Origin: Psammoneis japonica
Lineage: Eukaryota
Direction: 5' to 3'
Assembly: GCA_008632985.1 (NCBI GenBank)
Contig: QPGO01000033.1
Span: forward strand, 186,001 to 250,000
DNA length: 64,000 nucleotides
Both the position numbers and the translations under genes were made by a program. Positions 11,730-23,552 of this stretch are shown piece after piece. The notes beneath the pieces were generated by a model. It was not told where the DNA came from. It did not search any database and saw only the letters and a list, made by a program, of their open reading frames with translations. Every line of letters starts with the position of its first letter. Within the stretch, counting starts at the first letter, position 1.

Positions 11730-12569
11730 CTACTTTTTCAGATTAGAATAATCCCGAGCACCAAAGATAGTGCTACCGACTCTGACGTTGGTTGCACCGT
11801 GTTGTATGGCAGCCTCAAAATCACCCGACATGCCCATGCTGAGTTCCAAATTCTCCAGATTCAACTCTTGCTCCGTTTCCTTTTTGCAGTCTACCAAAGT
11901 ATTAAAACATGAAGTATCACCGGGAGCACCAATTGTCATGAGTCCTCGCAACGTTAGATTTGGACAATTCTCTACAACGTGCCGCACGAGATCAATCGTG
12001 GCGGCTCCAGGCTCTACCCCACTTTTCGATTCTTCTCCAGACGTATTGACTTGAACGTAAATGGGCAGCTTTCCTTCCGCATCATCTTTTTGCTCAACCG
12101 CCTTGTCGAGTTTGTTGGCGAGTTTCGCAGTAGCTACAGTTTCTACCACGAGTTGTTTGACATTTTTGACCAATAGATTTGCCTTGTTGGATTGCAAGGG
12201 CCCAATGAAATGCCAAACAATATCTTGCGGCATTTCGGTGGCTTTCCCAACGAGTTCCTGAGCATAATTCTCCCCAAACACCCGATGAGACGAATCGTAT
12301 GCCTGCATAAGCAAAGGTATGGGCTTTGTCTTGGATACTGCTACTAATCGAACATTTATTCCTTCTTTTGAACAATCCTTGATGCGTTGCTTGACTGATT
12401 CCAAGTTGGACGCAACGTTAATCTGCTCTGTTGTTTCTCCACTCATGTTTCGTGTAGACAACGACGCTCGGAAGATTCTGGGCGATCCAACAAGAAATGC
12501 CGATGATATACGAGGACTACTGCATGCAAGAAGAGCCAAGGAGTAACAAGCGCGAGCCGTATTCACCAT
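11730..12569 (-). CDS. PLPBP: Pyridoxal-phosphate homeostasis protein (YggS/PROSC) with N-terminal organellar presequence
   Basis: LVAVSKTKP, FGENYAQEL, WHFIGPLQSNKA, QVNTSGEESKSG, GLMTIG, LSMGMSGDF, VRVGSTIFGAR. Signal-like N-terminus ending in SSAF. Confidence 0.95.
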   Translation of the reverse strand: MVNTARACYSLALLACSSPRISSAFLVGSPRIFRASLSTRNMSGETTEQINVASNLESVKQRIKDCSKEGINVRLVAVSKTKPIPLLMQAYDSSHRVFGENYAQELVGKATEMPQDIVWHFIGPLQSNKANLLVKNVKQLVVETVATAKLANKLDKAVEQKDDAEGKLPIYVQVNTSGEESKSGVEPGAATIDLVRHVVENCPNLTLRGLMTIGAPGDTSCFNTLVDCKKETEQELNLENLELSMGMSGDFEAAIQHGATNVRVGSTIFGARDYSNLKK

Positions 12570-12764
12570 GGGCAGTGGTTCGATCTCACGACGCGAGTGA
12601 GTTGTGACATTGCGAAGATGAATGAGGTGGTTTGCGGCGGGGAGGAGCCGCATCGCGATTCTGGAGTTCTGTGCGTGGCGCGAAAACAGTAAATGGGACT
12701 TAATAACGTCTTCGAGTCACGAGTACATGAGCCATCATTGCAGATTTTTTCTTGAGAGCAATGA

Positions 12765-14436
12765 ATGCCGATGACGGTGTCGATAACATCACAACATCGT
12801 CGCATATGGGCACCATGTGGCGGTCCATTGAAACGAAGAAATATCATATTGGTTATACTTATAGCTTGCGCAGTGTCTGTCTCGTGGCTTGGTCGGATGT
12901 TGATTGCAACCACGAAGAGTACAGCAACAACGCATCATTCCCAGCACGAGTTCTTGACGCATAGCGACCTGATGCTACCCATAACAAAAAGAATATCAGC
13001 GAACAGATCAAAAGACAGACATTTCACTCCATATCATCTACCGAAATTTCTGAAATACCCATTTGACTTTTTGGGAAACGCAACTACTGTCAAACAGATC
13101 CTCCGTCAAAGCCACGTTGCTTCGTTAGATCATTGCAAACTAGAGCCGACCAATTGGACACATTTCACAACGTGGGCGCTACCTATTGTTCAAGATACGA
13201 CAAGAGAAATCATAAAGCACAAGGACTACAGTTACATCTTTCCAAACACAACGATAGAGACACAAATGCCCCAAGAAATGATTTTGGAGTTGCTTGAGAT
13301 GTATGCGACTCACAAGGGATACTGTGACTTTACGAACTTTTATCCGACAGTGCCGGCAATGAGCAATATCGAATCAAAGCTTCGACAAATATCCGAGATA
13401 TCACATCCTTTAGAGTTTGCTCGACTAGCCATTGTCATTTTTGCATTTCAAGACGTACATCACTTGAAGCGGCTCGTTGATGCCTTGTACATGCCGCAAC
13501 ACTACATTGTGATTCATTTGGAGGAACAAACCGACTCTGAATTTGAACTCATGGTATACAATGACATTGTTGGACAATATGACAATGTTGTCGTGGTCAA
13601 GTTTGGAACCGTCGCCTACAAGACGGATAGTGTCTCAATGATTAACTTGAAAATCATGACTTGGCTCGTTCACGACCTACACCTCCAGTATGATTTTCAC
13701 ATTGCATTGGTGGTGCCGTCTTTCCCCTCTACTCAGCCAAGGATCTTTCGCGCCATTTAAAAGCAAGTAACCGTAGTGTTTGGCTGGGACAATTGACCAA
13801 TGCCGGTTTCTTGGGTGATAATGTCACGTCACACGATGCAAGATTGCAGCAAAAGCGACTCTATTACACGCTTGTCACGAGTTCCAAGGTGATGAAACGG
13901 GTATCGAATCGATTGGTTCGGTCTCATGGATTCGATCCAATAATTCCGAGCGACATTAGCCAAGCCATGGTGTTCAAAACAAACTCTGGCAATCAAGCGG
14001 TGTATTCCTATGATGCAGTAAGGAGCCTAGTTTCGTCACCGCGTGTCAAGGAGCTATTTGCCTTGGCCAAATATGGATGCTGTTGCTGCATCGAAGAGCG
14101 GAGTTGGATCGCTGCATTATCCCTAATTGGTCTACGAGAAGAAGCCTTGCAACACGCCGCCATGTTTCAAGTCTGGGGTGGCCAAGAGACGTGCGGTTCC
14201 TCCATGAATAATGCAATTTTGCACGAGAATGCAACGTCATGCTTTTTGCTAGAAGATGCAGCAGCGGGTAGCAATCGAACAAGAGACACGCCACTGTATT
14301 TTGTGGAAATGAAATCATGTCTCGGTTACAGCAAGCCAAACAACGCGGTTTCTTGTTTGCTCGTAAATTTCGTTCCGATCACCCAGGATCCATGGCGCTT
14401 CTCAACGAGATTGAAGAGCAACTGCACCAAAATTGA
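12765..14436 (+). CDS. Type II membrane glycosyltransferase, GT14 (core-2/I-branching, xylosyltransferase-like); two apparent 1-nt frameshifts (about 13710 and 14302)
   Basis: N-terminal TM, LAIVIFAFQD..HLKRLVDALYMPQHYIVIHLE. Restoring the frames gives IALGGAVFPL and a C-terminal GFLFARKF, a GT14 hallmark. Confidence 0.75.
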
Positions 14437-14722
14437 AATCCGCATTCTCTAACTTATGAATGACTTTCTAAAAATTGAAGTTGCTATTCGCTCTCCGCTA
14501 CGTGACGATGCGTCCGTTGCAAAACGACGAGTAATCACTGTTTTCCCCCATACGTTGTTTCCCCGTCCCCAATATCCAGTACACTCTAGATCTACAACTC
14601 GAGCGTCTCTTTGACATTATGTTTTCTTTCCGTTCTTTTTCTTCTTTAGGTTCTATTGAATCCGTTTTTTCTCGTTTATGCGCAATTAAAGGCGACGTGC
14701 GTGACGCGTTGGCCGCAAATGA

Positions 14723-15334
14723 TTAGAAAATATTCCGTAGTGTGACAAAAAACACCGCGGTCGTCAATAACGTTTGCAGAAACAGTACAACCTCGCTGCC
14801 CATCCTGCATGCTCGAGACTTGTTGATGGTGGATATTTGCTCGGTAAATGTCGGATCCGACCCTGATGATGCAGATTGCCCTCCTACCGGCTGAGTTTGA
14901 GGCGATGAGGTGTCTGTTGTTTTTGGATCTCCTGAATCAGACGCCCCTGACACAGGCTTTTCTGTAGACTCCGTTTGCTTGCTCGTAGGACTCGTCGTTG
15001 GTGATTGAGTGCCAATAAGAGCTAACCATGCAATCTCCAAATCGTCGCATTCCAAACAAGTCGGTGCAGGACTTGGACCATCATCTTTTGGTCGATCTGT
15101 TCGTTCAAAAACATTGTTTTTATTGGTTGATACTTTCACAGGATTCTCTTCTCTATGCTCGCCACCCTTTATGCCGCCACTACCCTTTTTGCCGCCGCTA
15201 CCCTTTTTGCCGCCACTACCCTTTTTGCCACCCTTGCCTTTCTTTCCGCCCTTTTTCAAATAACGAATCTCATTCTGTGCCGTGCAAATCCACACGACTG
15301 ACAAAAGCAACATTAACAACAACGACCGTCTCAT
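14723..15334 (-). CDS. Secreted Lys/Gly-rich protein with RXL motif, PTCLECDD motif and C-terminal hydrophobic anchor
   Basis: Signal peptide, RYL followed directly by (GGKKGS)n, PSPAPTCLECDD, and a C-terminus homologous to the 18189-19018 gene. Confidence 0.82.
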   Translation of the reverse strand: MRRSLLLMLLLSVVWICTAQNEIRYLKKGGKKGKGGKKGSGGKKGSGGKKGSGGIKGGEHREENPVKVSTNKNNVFERTDRPKDDGPSPAPTCLECDDLEIAWLALIGTQSPTTSPTSKQTESTEKPVSGASDSGDPKTTDTSSPQTQPVGGQSASSGSDPTFTEQISTINKSRACRMGSEVVLFLQTLLTTAVFFVTLRNIF

Positions 15335-15781
15335 GGTAATCGAAATGCGTGGTATTATACTAATAAAACTAAAAATGGCGCCAACGCTAACAATATACTA
15401 GAACAAATGACGGCTGCTGCTTTCTTCTTGGTAGTCGTAATGAGAACAACAGCAAGATTCGTTTGCCGCATGTCAACCTGATAACGTACAGCCTCTATTT
15501 TTCGAAATGTGGCGCGAAAGATTTTGAAATGAAATTGAATTTTTATCGCATCAAATGCTGTAGTTCTTCATTCTTTTATTAAACATTAAAAATGTATAAT
15601 ACTATGATAAAGCAATTTGTGATATTTATTTAGGTCAAACATTTTGTAACGGAAAACTTTATCCGTTGAACGGCTGACAGGCAGACACAAGAAAACCGAA
15701 AGATCCCGGCCGGCCGGCCGCGTCGGTCCGAGAATCCAGAAAACCAAAACGACGATGCACAAACAAAAATAAGCATGAGAA

Positions 15782-16702
15782 ATGAGCGGCAGGAACCTCC
15801 TTTCTGTAGTGTCGCAACAGCAACGGAATACCTACAAGAAAGATGGTGTGGTTGTACTGAGGGGAATTCTTGACCGCAATCTAGTAGAGCTCGGGAGAAA
15901 AGCAATCACACAGGCGACACGCAACCCCGGACCCCAAGCAGAGTTTATCTATCAAGATTCGACATGGCAAAGCGTGTCTGGATCGTTTCATCAAGAACCA
16001 AAAAGTAGTGATGATTGGATAATGTTTCAAGATCAGTTTAGCGCCAAGCGGTGTCCCGAAATGTCCGACTTTATGCAATCTTCCAATGCGGGTAGGGTGG
16101 CCGCAGAACTAATGGGTTCCAAAACTGCCACGTTCTTTTATGATCATGTGATTTGTAAGAAACTTGTACCAGAGTCGAATTCAACAAATGAAAAAAGCTC
16201 AGGAGATGTCATTCCGTGGCATCAAGATTTACCGTATTGGAACATTGATGGATCTCAAATCGCGAGCGTTTGGATTCCGTTGGATGCTATTCCCGAGACT
16301 GATAGCGTCAAGTGGATCTTGGGTTCTCATCGTTGGGGCTTATTTCAACCGCGGCACTTTGTCGACGCTTCACCATATCAAGGGACGGATGATATGGATC
16401 CCATGCCTGACATTGATGAAATGATTGCGTCAGACAAGGCCGTCGTGAAATCATTTGCCGTCGAGCCGGGTGACGCCATTGTCTTTGATGCACGCATCAT
16501 TCATTGTTCAGGGAGTAATCATGACCCAAGTAAGACCCAGCATCGCCGTGTAGCATTTCGATTTGGGGGTGACGATGCTATTTTTGTTGAGCGAAAAGGG
16601 GAAACTGCCATTCCGACACCAGACATTTTGCATGGCTTGTTTCATGGCGACCCATTGACCTGTGACGCGTTTCCCAGAGTATGGCCTCCAGATGACACGT
16701 AG
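15782..16702 (+). CDS. Phytanoyl-CoA dioxygenase (PhyH)-family Fe(II)/2-oxoglutarate dioxygenase
   Basis: YKKDGVVVLRGIL, PWHQD (HxD), SVWIPLD, GSHRWG, EPGDAIVFDARIIH, RRVAFRF. Confidence 0.9.
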   Translation: MSGRNLLSVVSQQQRNTYKKDGVVVLRGILDRNLVELGRKAITQATRNPGPQAEFIYQDSTWQSVSGSFHQEPKSSDDWIMFQDQFSAKRCPEMSDFMQSSNAGRVAAELMGSKTATFFYDHVICKKLVPESNSTNEKSSGDVIPWHQDLPYWNIDGSQIASVWIPLDAIPETDSVKWILGSHRWGLFQPRHFVDASPYQGTDDMDPMPDIDEMIASDKAVVKSFAVEPGDAIVFDARIIHCSGSNHDPSKTQHRRVAFRFGGDDAIFVERKGETAIPTPDILHGLFHGDPLTCDAFPRVWPPDDT

Positions 16703-17124
16703 GTAGTAAATATGTGTGATAAGACTATTATGCTCTGACTTGTTAGTCCAGTTTTATTTCACTTTGGTTCCCACTGTGCCGGAAAGAGGGACGATGATTG
16801 AAGCATTCTGTAGAGTTGGGAATGCCTCGAATGCCATCATTCTGCTGGAGTCCTTTCTCAAATCTGTCATACAGCACAATCTGCTCCAGAAGTCAACTAT
16901 CTCTTCTAGCGGGGGAGAAAGCGCCTGAACCGATACTCTTCTCATGTCAAATCTTCAACGACCCAAGCGGCCAGTCCGGTAAAGATGAAGCTTCTCAACT
17001 CTATCTCACCTTCCTGTAGTCCTCTGGTACGCGGCCTCCTGTCGGTATATGGGCATATCTCACATTGATCTTTTTAAGAGGATTGCAATTTGTTTCCTCT
17101 AGAGATGATTTCCGGGAGGGCCTG

Positions 17125-17589
17125 CTATTTCATCCTCCTGTCCCTTTTTTGACGTGCAGCCGCATCCTCTACAGCGCGATTGATTCGAGCCGTAGTGTTG
17201 CAACAGATTTGATTCCATCCAAGCATACGTCCATCCGAGAAGAAGGCCCTCTTGGTTGTCGAATCACTGGGTTTCTCCTTGTAGTCTACTACCACCCAGT
17301 TCTGCATGCAGCAACCAAAGAGCCGAATTACACCGCAATTCCTCAGCCAAGTGGCGGTCTGGTGCCAGCATTCTCCTTCAAGGACATCCCAGTCATTGAA
17401 TCGAACAGAAACGATTTCACTGATTTGGACAACCAATTGCTTGTTGATACTCTCGAAGCAGAGCGTGTTGTCCATGTATACATGGAGCTTTCCAACAGAT
17501 TCCATCATTACCACATCACTTCGCCTCATTGGTCGGGAACGGTACCAAACAGCACTGAAAGTTTTGACGGGACACTGATTCATACTCAT
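17125..17589 (-). CDS. Hypothetical protein, 154 aa
   Basis: ATG-initiated ORF with globular-looking composition between known genes. No motif recognised. Confidence 0.45.
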   Translation of the reverse strand: MSMNQCPVKTFSAVWYRSRPMRRSDVVMMESVGKLHVYMDNTLCFESINKQLVVQISEIVSVRFNDWDVLEGECWHQTATWLRNCGVIRLFGCCMQNWVVVDYKEKPSDSTTKRAFFSDGRMLGWNQICCNTTARINRAVEDAAARQKRDRRMK

Positions 17590-18188
17590 GTCGAACCTTG
17601 ATAATATCTCTACAAGCGTTTCAGAACTGAAACAAAAATGTTCACCATTGCGAGGCAGGTTGCCAAGTTGTCAGCGATCGGTTCGCATTTTTCGCGCCTC
17701 AAAAAAAGTGACAAAATCGCGTATCACGAAAGAAAAGGTGATTCCCGCCAGATTCCCGCGTGATAGAGTTTCTCACACCGCTGTTTCGACTCACATGCTC
17801 CGGAGCAGGTTACAGTAGTAGTAGTGCTGCTCAGAAAACAAATAACAAGAACGCGAAACTAGGGAGTAATACTTGGATACCCCACAAAATTCCTTCTATA
17901 ACCAGAAACCAAAAGGCAGTGCTTGACGAGATTGGAACGGCTGTAATAACTATGAAAATCATTCTCTACTACTGTACAAGGCTTTACTCATTGAAACGGG
18001 TGTATTGTGCGAAGGCAGATGACGCGACAATACACCCGTTGCAATGATTGAATTTCCATGGTATTCCCAGCATCTCCCATTCTGACTGGTCATTCTGCAT
18101 CGATGCAGCTTATGTCTTTTTTCCTCACCCCATTTCCCGTTATGAAAATGAAAAGCCCACGCCCGATCGTGCTGCTGTTCATGATTGG

Positions 18189-19018
18189 TTAGAATATGTA
18201 CCGTATCGCGACCCATAATGCCACGGTAGTCAATGTCGTTTGCAGCAACAGGCCGCTATAGAAAAAGCATTCTGTTTTTAGTCTGTATGCTTCAGACTTT
18301 TCGATGGTGGACGATTGTTCGACAAATGTCTGCTCCGGCCCCGACGACGCAGATTGTCCAAACGTTTCGCCTGTTTGTGGGTCTTCGCATTCAAAGCACG
18401 TTGGCGACAACGTGACGATTGCCTTGGGTGCATCCAAAGCTGGCCCAGAGTCAGATTCCTCTACACTGGCTTTAGATTCCTCAACAGATTCCTCTACAAG
18501 GGCTTCAGATTCCTCATCAATGCTCGGTGCTGGGGTCATTGCCGGTGATGAAAAATCGTCACACTCTAAACACGTGGGTGGTGCACTGGGGGACAAAACG
18601 CCGTTTGACGAATCTTCAGAGGGTTCGTGTGGCCTGGCAAAAACATTATTGCCTGACGCTTTCGCAGATTTGCTTTTCGCCTTATCATCACTCGTCGATG
18701 ATTTTGATGGCTTTGTTTTCTTTGGTTTTTTGTCACGATCTTCTTTTTTCTTCGGTTCGTCACGATCTTCTTTTTCTTCGGTTTGTCTCGATCCACTTCT
18801 TTCTTCGGTTTGTCTCGATCCACTTCTTTCTTCGGTTCGTCGTCGCTGCTGCTGCTGCTTCCCCCCTTTTTCCCTCCACCTCCCTTTTTACCCCCACTGC
18901 TACCACCTTTCTTGCCACTTCCCTTTTTGCCGCTCTTCAATTGACGACTTTGACCAAAGGCGCTGCACAACGACAAGGATAGGAACAAGAGAGCGACCAG
19001 TAGCAACCGTCTCATCAT
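18189..19018 (-). CDS. Paralog of 14723-15334: secreted Lys/Gly-rich RXL protein with two PTC(L/F)EC(D/E)D motifs; apparent frameshift in an A-run near 18775
   Basis: Signal peptide, RQL then KSGKKGSGKKGG, PKKEVDRDK repeats, PTCLECDD, PTCFECED, shared tail GQSASSG...TF.EQ.STI.KS.A.R...LQT.LTT......R.IF. Confidence 0.8.
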
Positions 19019-19946
19019 CGTAGCTGGTACCTCTAGAGTGGCAACGTCAATTGTAATAATGCGAATGAATGTTGTCACAGATGAAAAAACGAAAATTGTG
19101 GGCCACAAGATTCAATTTGCCGTCGTGCAATTGCCGATTGCCGATACTATGACAAAGTGTGTGACGAGAGTTGGCTGAGCCACGTCAACCCCACGACCCG
19201 GCGAATTTGGCGCCAAAAATGTCGTTCAATAATCTTAGTGAATGGCTGATAAACAATTACTTATTTCATTTCAAATATGATAGTAAAATTTTACTATTGC
19301 ATAAAAGATAACTCAGTCGTGTTTATTTTGGGTAACGGCTTCGTCTCATACTTAGGTCGCGTTTAATTTTTGCAGTCATGAATATGATTTGGAGTTCCAA
19401 AATAATGGTATCATCCATTTAGAGGTTTCCTTAGTGGTCACGACTCACTCACGCTTTAGAGTTTGGGCAGGCGTAAAAGTCAACAACAACTCATGACTGT
19501 CTGCATTTGTTGCGGACCACACTCTCTCGCTAGGGCCCCTAGTCGAGAGAGCTGAAGAACTCAACTGGTAAAGTAGAGATGCCCAACTATTTGCTTCAAA
19601 GAAACCATCCTGTTTTACTTTATAATATTATGCATTCCGCGTGTCTTCGAATTCCTTACTAGAGTAAAATCTTTCGTACCCGGTAGCTGTACTTGCTCTC
19701 GTCTGACGGTACAGTACAGCGAGAGACAGCACGACCAAAAATCCTTGACATCTCGCTCATGATCATAGTTGTAATTATTGACGAGTTGCGTCGATTGGTT
19801 GATAGTTCCTATGCTGCGGTAAGTATGAGTCCTCACAACTCCATAGTTATTCTGAACGGATGCCTGTCCTTCAACCATAGTCGCTGTTTCCGGTCACCTA
19901 CTAACTGTCACCGCGACGGCGGCGACAGAATGAGGCCCAATCAACC

Positions 19947-21134
19947 ATGACGACAACACTCGCACAGACGCTGAACAAAGCGGCGACGGTTGACTTGTAT
20001 GATGACACAGAGGGACTCTTTGGCGAGCTGATTCATCCGTTTGTGGTTGTGTGTTCGTTGGAAAAAGGTGTGGACCACAACGAGTTGGTTGGAAGAGTTG
20101 ACGAGGTAGATACTGCAGCTGACGCCGTTCCAACGGCACCGATGAAATCGTTAAAGTACAATGCTCTTCCCGATTCATCTGGTGAGGACATTGGTATTGA
20201 GATTGAAAATACATCCGACCAAACTTTGCAAGTCAGATGGTTGGACACCGATGGGCATAGTCCGCCCACTCACATTTGGACTGTTGGGCCCATGTCTAAT
20301 TTTGTGCAGAGCACAAGAGCAGGTCACTTGTTTGTTATATCAGTCATCATACAAAGCGAGTCGGATTTATTTGATTCGGTGCAAGAGCAAGTACTAGGAG
20401 CGTATCGACCCTTTAGACAGCTACCGAGTCGGTCACCTCATTGCATCCTGATTCAGTTGCAGGAAAACTCTGAAAGATATTTGGTCGAGACAATGCTCCT
20501 GGACGGGACAAGGAAGGATGCGCTTATTGTGGCATCATCTGTTCTCGATCCACTATCCAAGGATGGTTGTCCAAAAAGGACTATTGGCACTTTAAAAACA
20601 ATTGTGATCAACATTTTAACCCACCCACAAGATGACAAGTATCGCAGCTTGCGCCTCGGCAACAACAAGATCAAAAAAGACATTTCTTCGTCCTGGGGCG
20701 CCATGCAGTTCTTGCAGGCCTTGGGGTTTCATTCAACATTCCAACCGTCAACCGTAAACATCACGACGACTGGGTCGCAATCCTCGGAAACAACGGAATC
20801 TCCGCCTGAAGAATACCTTTATCTTGCCCAGCCCACTCATGATGATAATGGAGAACAAGTGACATGCCTGCTGTACGCCCGGGAGCTTTTGGACTTGCTG
20901 GAAAGCCGAAGCCACCCCAACTTTGTCGCTGATCTAGCTCCGCCAACTCCATGGCAAAAACCCATGCCAACTAGTGGATCCATCAGCCGGTGGCACAGCC
21001 AAGGTACAAATTTCATTACAGATGAAGAACGATGGGCCAGAACGGAACGGTTTGCGCAAATGCGAAGAAGGGGTTATGGACGGCCTCCTCCTCCAGGTCA
21101 AGCTCCAAGTAGCCGAGGAGCTTGGGGACGATGA
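19947..21134 (+). CDS. Protein with VHL-beta-like domain and PUB domain
   Basis: IEIENTSDQTLQVRWLDTDG...FVQSTRAGHLFVI (VHL beta pattern) and LKTIVINILTHPQDDKYRSLRLGN.KIK....GAMQFLQALGF (PUB). Confidence 0.75.
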   Translation: MTTTLAQTLNKAATVDLYDDTEGLFGELIHPFVVVCSLEKGVDHNELVGRVDEVDTAADAVPTAPMKSLKYNALPDSSGEDIGIEIENTSDQTLQVRWLDTDGHSPPTHIWTVGPMSNFVQSTRAGHLFVISVIIQSESDLFDSVQEQVLGAYRPFRQLPSRSPHCILIQLQENSERYLVETMLLDGTRKDALIVASSVLDPLSKDGCPKRTIGTLKTIVINILTHPQDDKYRSLRLGNNKIKKDISSSWGAMQFLQALGFHSTFQPSTVNITTTGSQSSETTESPPEEYLYLAQPTHDDNGEQVTCLLYARELLDLLESRSHPNFVADLAPPTPWQKPMPTSGSISRWHSQGTNFITDEERWARTERFAQMRRRGYGRPPPPGQAPSSRGAWGR

Positions 21135-21454
21135 TGTCCTGCGAGAGGTCAGTGCAATCGCTACAACATGGTAGATCCGTATCTCACGTGCAAGTCTTTG
21201 AAAGACACAATAATTATAGCAACACCCGCGTGGCTCAGGAGCGCGTTGTGCATTCACCTTTTCTCGATAAAGTCAGAAACTGACCTACCATTAAAACTAC
21301 TAGTCGTGGACAATTTAACTAAAGACTTGTTGTGAAATACATGCCATTCGTTACACAATTAGACGGAAGCAAACCGTGCGCTACAGGTAGGTCCGACGCA
21401 TAATCAGCTATGCGATTCGCCTACCGCTTGTCCGTTCCTTGGCGTGAAGAGCTC

Positions 21455-22930
21455 CTAAACTTCCACTGTATCACTTAGCAATGCACGGTTGCGGCCACTT
21501 TTTCCTTTGAATGGGGATTTTACGCTCTCGGGCAGCTTGGAACGAACCGACTGACGCATTCCTGTGCTGTCGCGGTGGGAGCGGATCATGCTTTGTCCAA
21601 CCTTGGAATGACGATCTTCCGCAAAATAGTAGAGTGAAACCTTTTCCTCCACACCCTGTCCATCGAGTATCGACGCTACATTCTCCGTCCTATTTTTGAC
21701 TTCTTGATCCAGTTCTTCGTCATGCAGCTTGTATCCATTGGTGGCGGAACGTTGGTTTGAAAAAAGGCGACGTCCTTTTGTTGTTGACTTGTTCTTCTTT
21801 TCCACAAGAAGAACTTCTGCTCCCATTTCTTGCTCCTGACCAAGGTCGTCCGTCGACGTGAAGTCCGGCTGTAAATGAACCTCGACATCTTGGAGAGACC
21901 CGTAGGCGTTGCTCTTTTGCGCGTGTCGTACTTGATTGGCGTACTTTTTGGTAAATCCTTTTACCGACCACCTAAACTTGGGGATGAGAAGCTTGGTGTC
22001 ACTTTGTCGCTCCCTCGTGTCTTGGGAAGAATCGTCTTGCGACGAAAAGGAACGGTCCCAGACGATTGCAGCATCAATCTGCGCCCCAAGGTCATGAGAT
22101 TCATTGGATTCGATATCCGAAATGCTTGAGTCAAACACATGAGTCGGTTCGTTTCGAGATACTTCCATACCGTTTTCTTCCTCCTTTATCGAAACTTGAC
22201 GGAGGGAGGATGAGAGCCTCTTGAGCTTGAGCCACTTTTTCGAGACGAGAGGTTTCTTTTGGGGTGGTTTGCGTTGATTCTGGTCCTGCTGTGAGTTCCC
22301 GTAGTCGGCGAGATGCTTACCAGATGCTTTTGAATTCTTGGTAAGAGTTCCTTTCGGAGTCTTGGTAAAAGACCCCTTGTAAGTCTTGGAAATAGATTTG
22401 ACTGGCGACTTCTTGGCTTTCTTGACTTTTTTGGAAGAAATACTTGTACAAGCTCCAGGTACCGTCCAAGTGGTGGTCTTGACTTTCGCACCGGGAGGAA
22501 TGTTCTTGAGGAGGTTGTGGTTGCTCATACTAATACTCGTATTGGAACCGGCCGGCACTGTCCAAGTGGTGGTTTTGCGAGTAACACGACCGAGGCAATT
22601 GGCACTCCTTTGTCCTTCTCCGGCATTATCGCTCTTGTAGGAATCGCTGAATGCCGATTCAAACCCATCGACACTCGTAGGGCTCGTGAGTTTTGACGTC
22701 TTTGTAGACCGTTGCTCTTGACCTCGGTAGGCGTTGTTGGGCTGCGACAATTCTTGCTGCGACGAAGGACTATGCTGCCGATGCTCCTTGGCTTGAGCCG
22801 ACAGTTTTGCAGCCCGGTACTCCATTCGCCTCTTCACGACGCTGTTCTTCGTGCTTGACGATGCATGAAGCAATCGACGTGAGTACTCTTCTTGCCATTG
22901 AGCATCATGTTCGTTCTGGCTTGAAACCAT
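21455..22930 (-). CDS. Hypothetical low-complexity Ser/Lys-rich protein (491 aa)
   Basis: Long ATG ORF with internal repeat KTTTWTVP twice. No recognised domain. Confidence 0.65.
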   Translation of the reverse strand: MVSSQNEHDAQWQEEYSRRLLHASSSTKNSVVKRRMEYRAAKLSAQAKEHRQHSPSSQQELSQPNNAYRGQEQRSTKTSKLTSPTSVDGFESAFSDSYKSDNAGEGQRSANCLGRVTRKTTTWTVPAGSNTSISMSNHNLLKNIPPGAKVKTTTWTVPGACTSISSKKVKKAKKSPVKSISKTYKGSFTKTPKGTLTKNSKASGKHLADYGNSQQDQNQRKPPQKKPLVSKKWLKLKRLSSSLRQVSIKEEENGMEVSRNEPTHVFDSSISDIESNESHDLGAQIDAAIVWDRSFSSQDDSSQDTRERQSDTKLLIPKFRWSVKGFTKKYANQVRHAQKSNAYGSLQDVEVHLQPDFTSTDDLGQEQEMGAEVLLVEKKNKSTTKGRRLFSNQRSATNGYKLHDEELDQEVKNRTENVASILDGQGVEEKVSLYYFAEDRHSKVGQSMIRSHRDSTGMRQSVRSKLPESVKSPFKGKSGRNRALLSDTVEV

Positions 22931-23552
22931 GACTATGTTGCTCTCTTTATTGCTCGACCTGTGTCCTTGTGATTCACAAAGCTACAGAAGATTCTTGATT
23001 GATTGCTCTGCTTGGCGTTGCGTTCTGAGTTCTGACTTACCGATGAGTTGGTTGGGTCATTGTGAGAAGTTCAAGTGAGAAGGCGCACGGCGACGGGACG
23101 GCAGAGAAATAAAGTGTGTTCAAAAGTTCAAAGTGCGGGCTCTCACACAATTCAAAATTGAATATTAAGCTTAGATAACGTAGCTTTTAAATTATTATAA
23201 ACCAGTCGAGTACAAATATATAAATATAGGATTTTCTTCTAATTATCCGATAAATGCACGTCACTATTGAAAACCTGTAGGATTCAAACGCACCCATCCT
23301 AAAGGATCTACAGATCTAAATAAATAATAATTCGCCAATTTTGTTTTTCGAATTCTCGTGCACATGTCTATCTCTAACTAAAGGACAATCATCATCTGCT
23401 TCCTTTGAATCCGTGAGCTCTTCTTTTCGTCTTCTGAATTTCTATGGAGATTTGTTTGGAGGGCCCGAATTGAGAATCAAGCTGCATGTGTTTCCACTCG
23501 ACTGCAAGAGAGCACATTGGTCGCGGAGATAGCCTTGATTATTCGAAGTACT

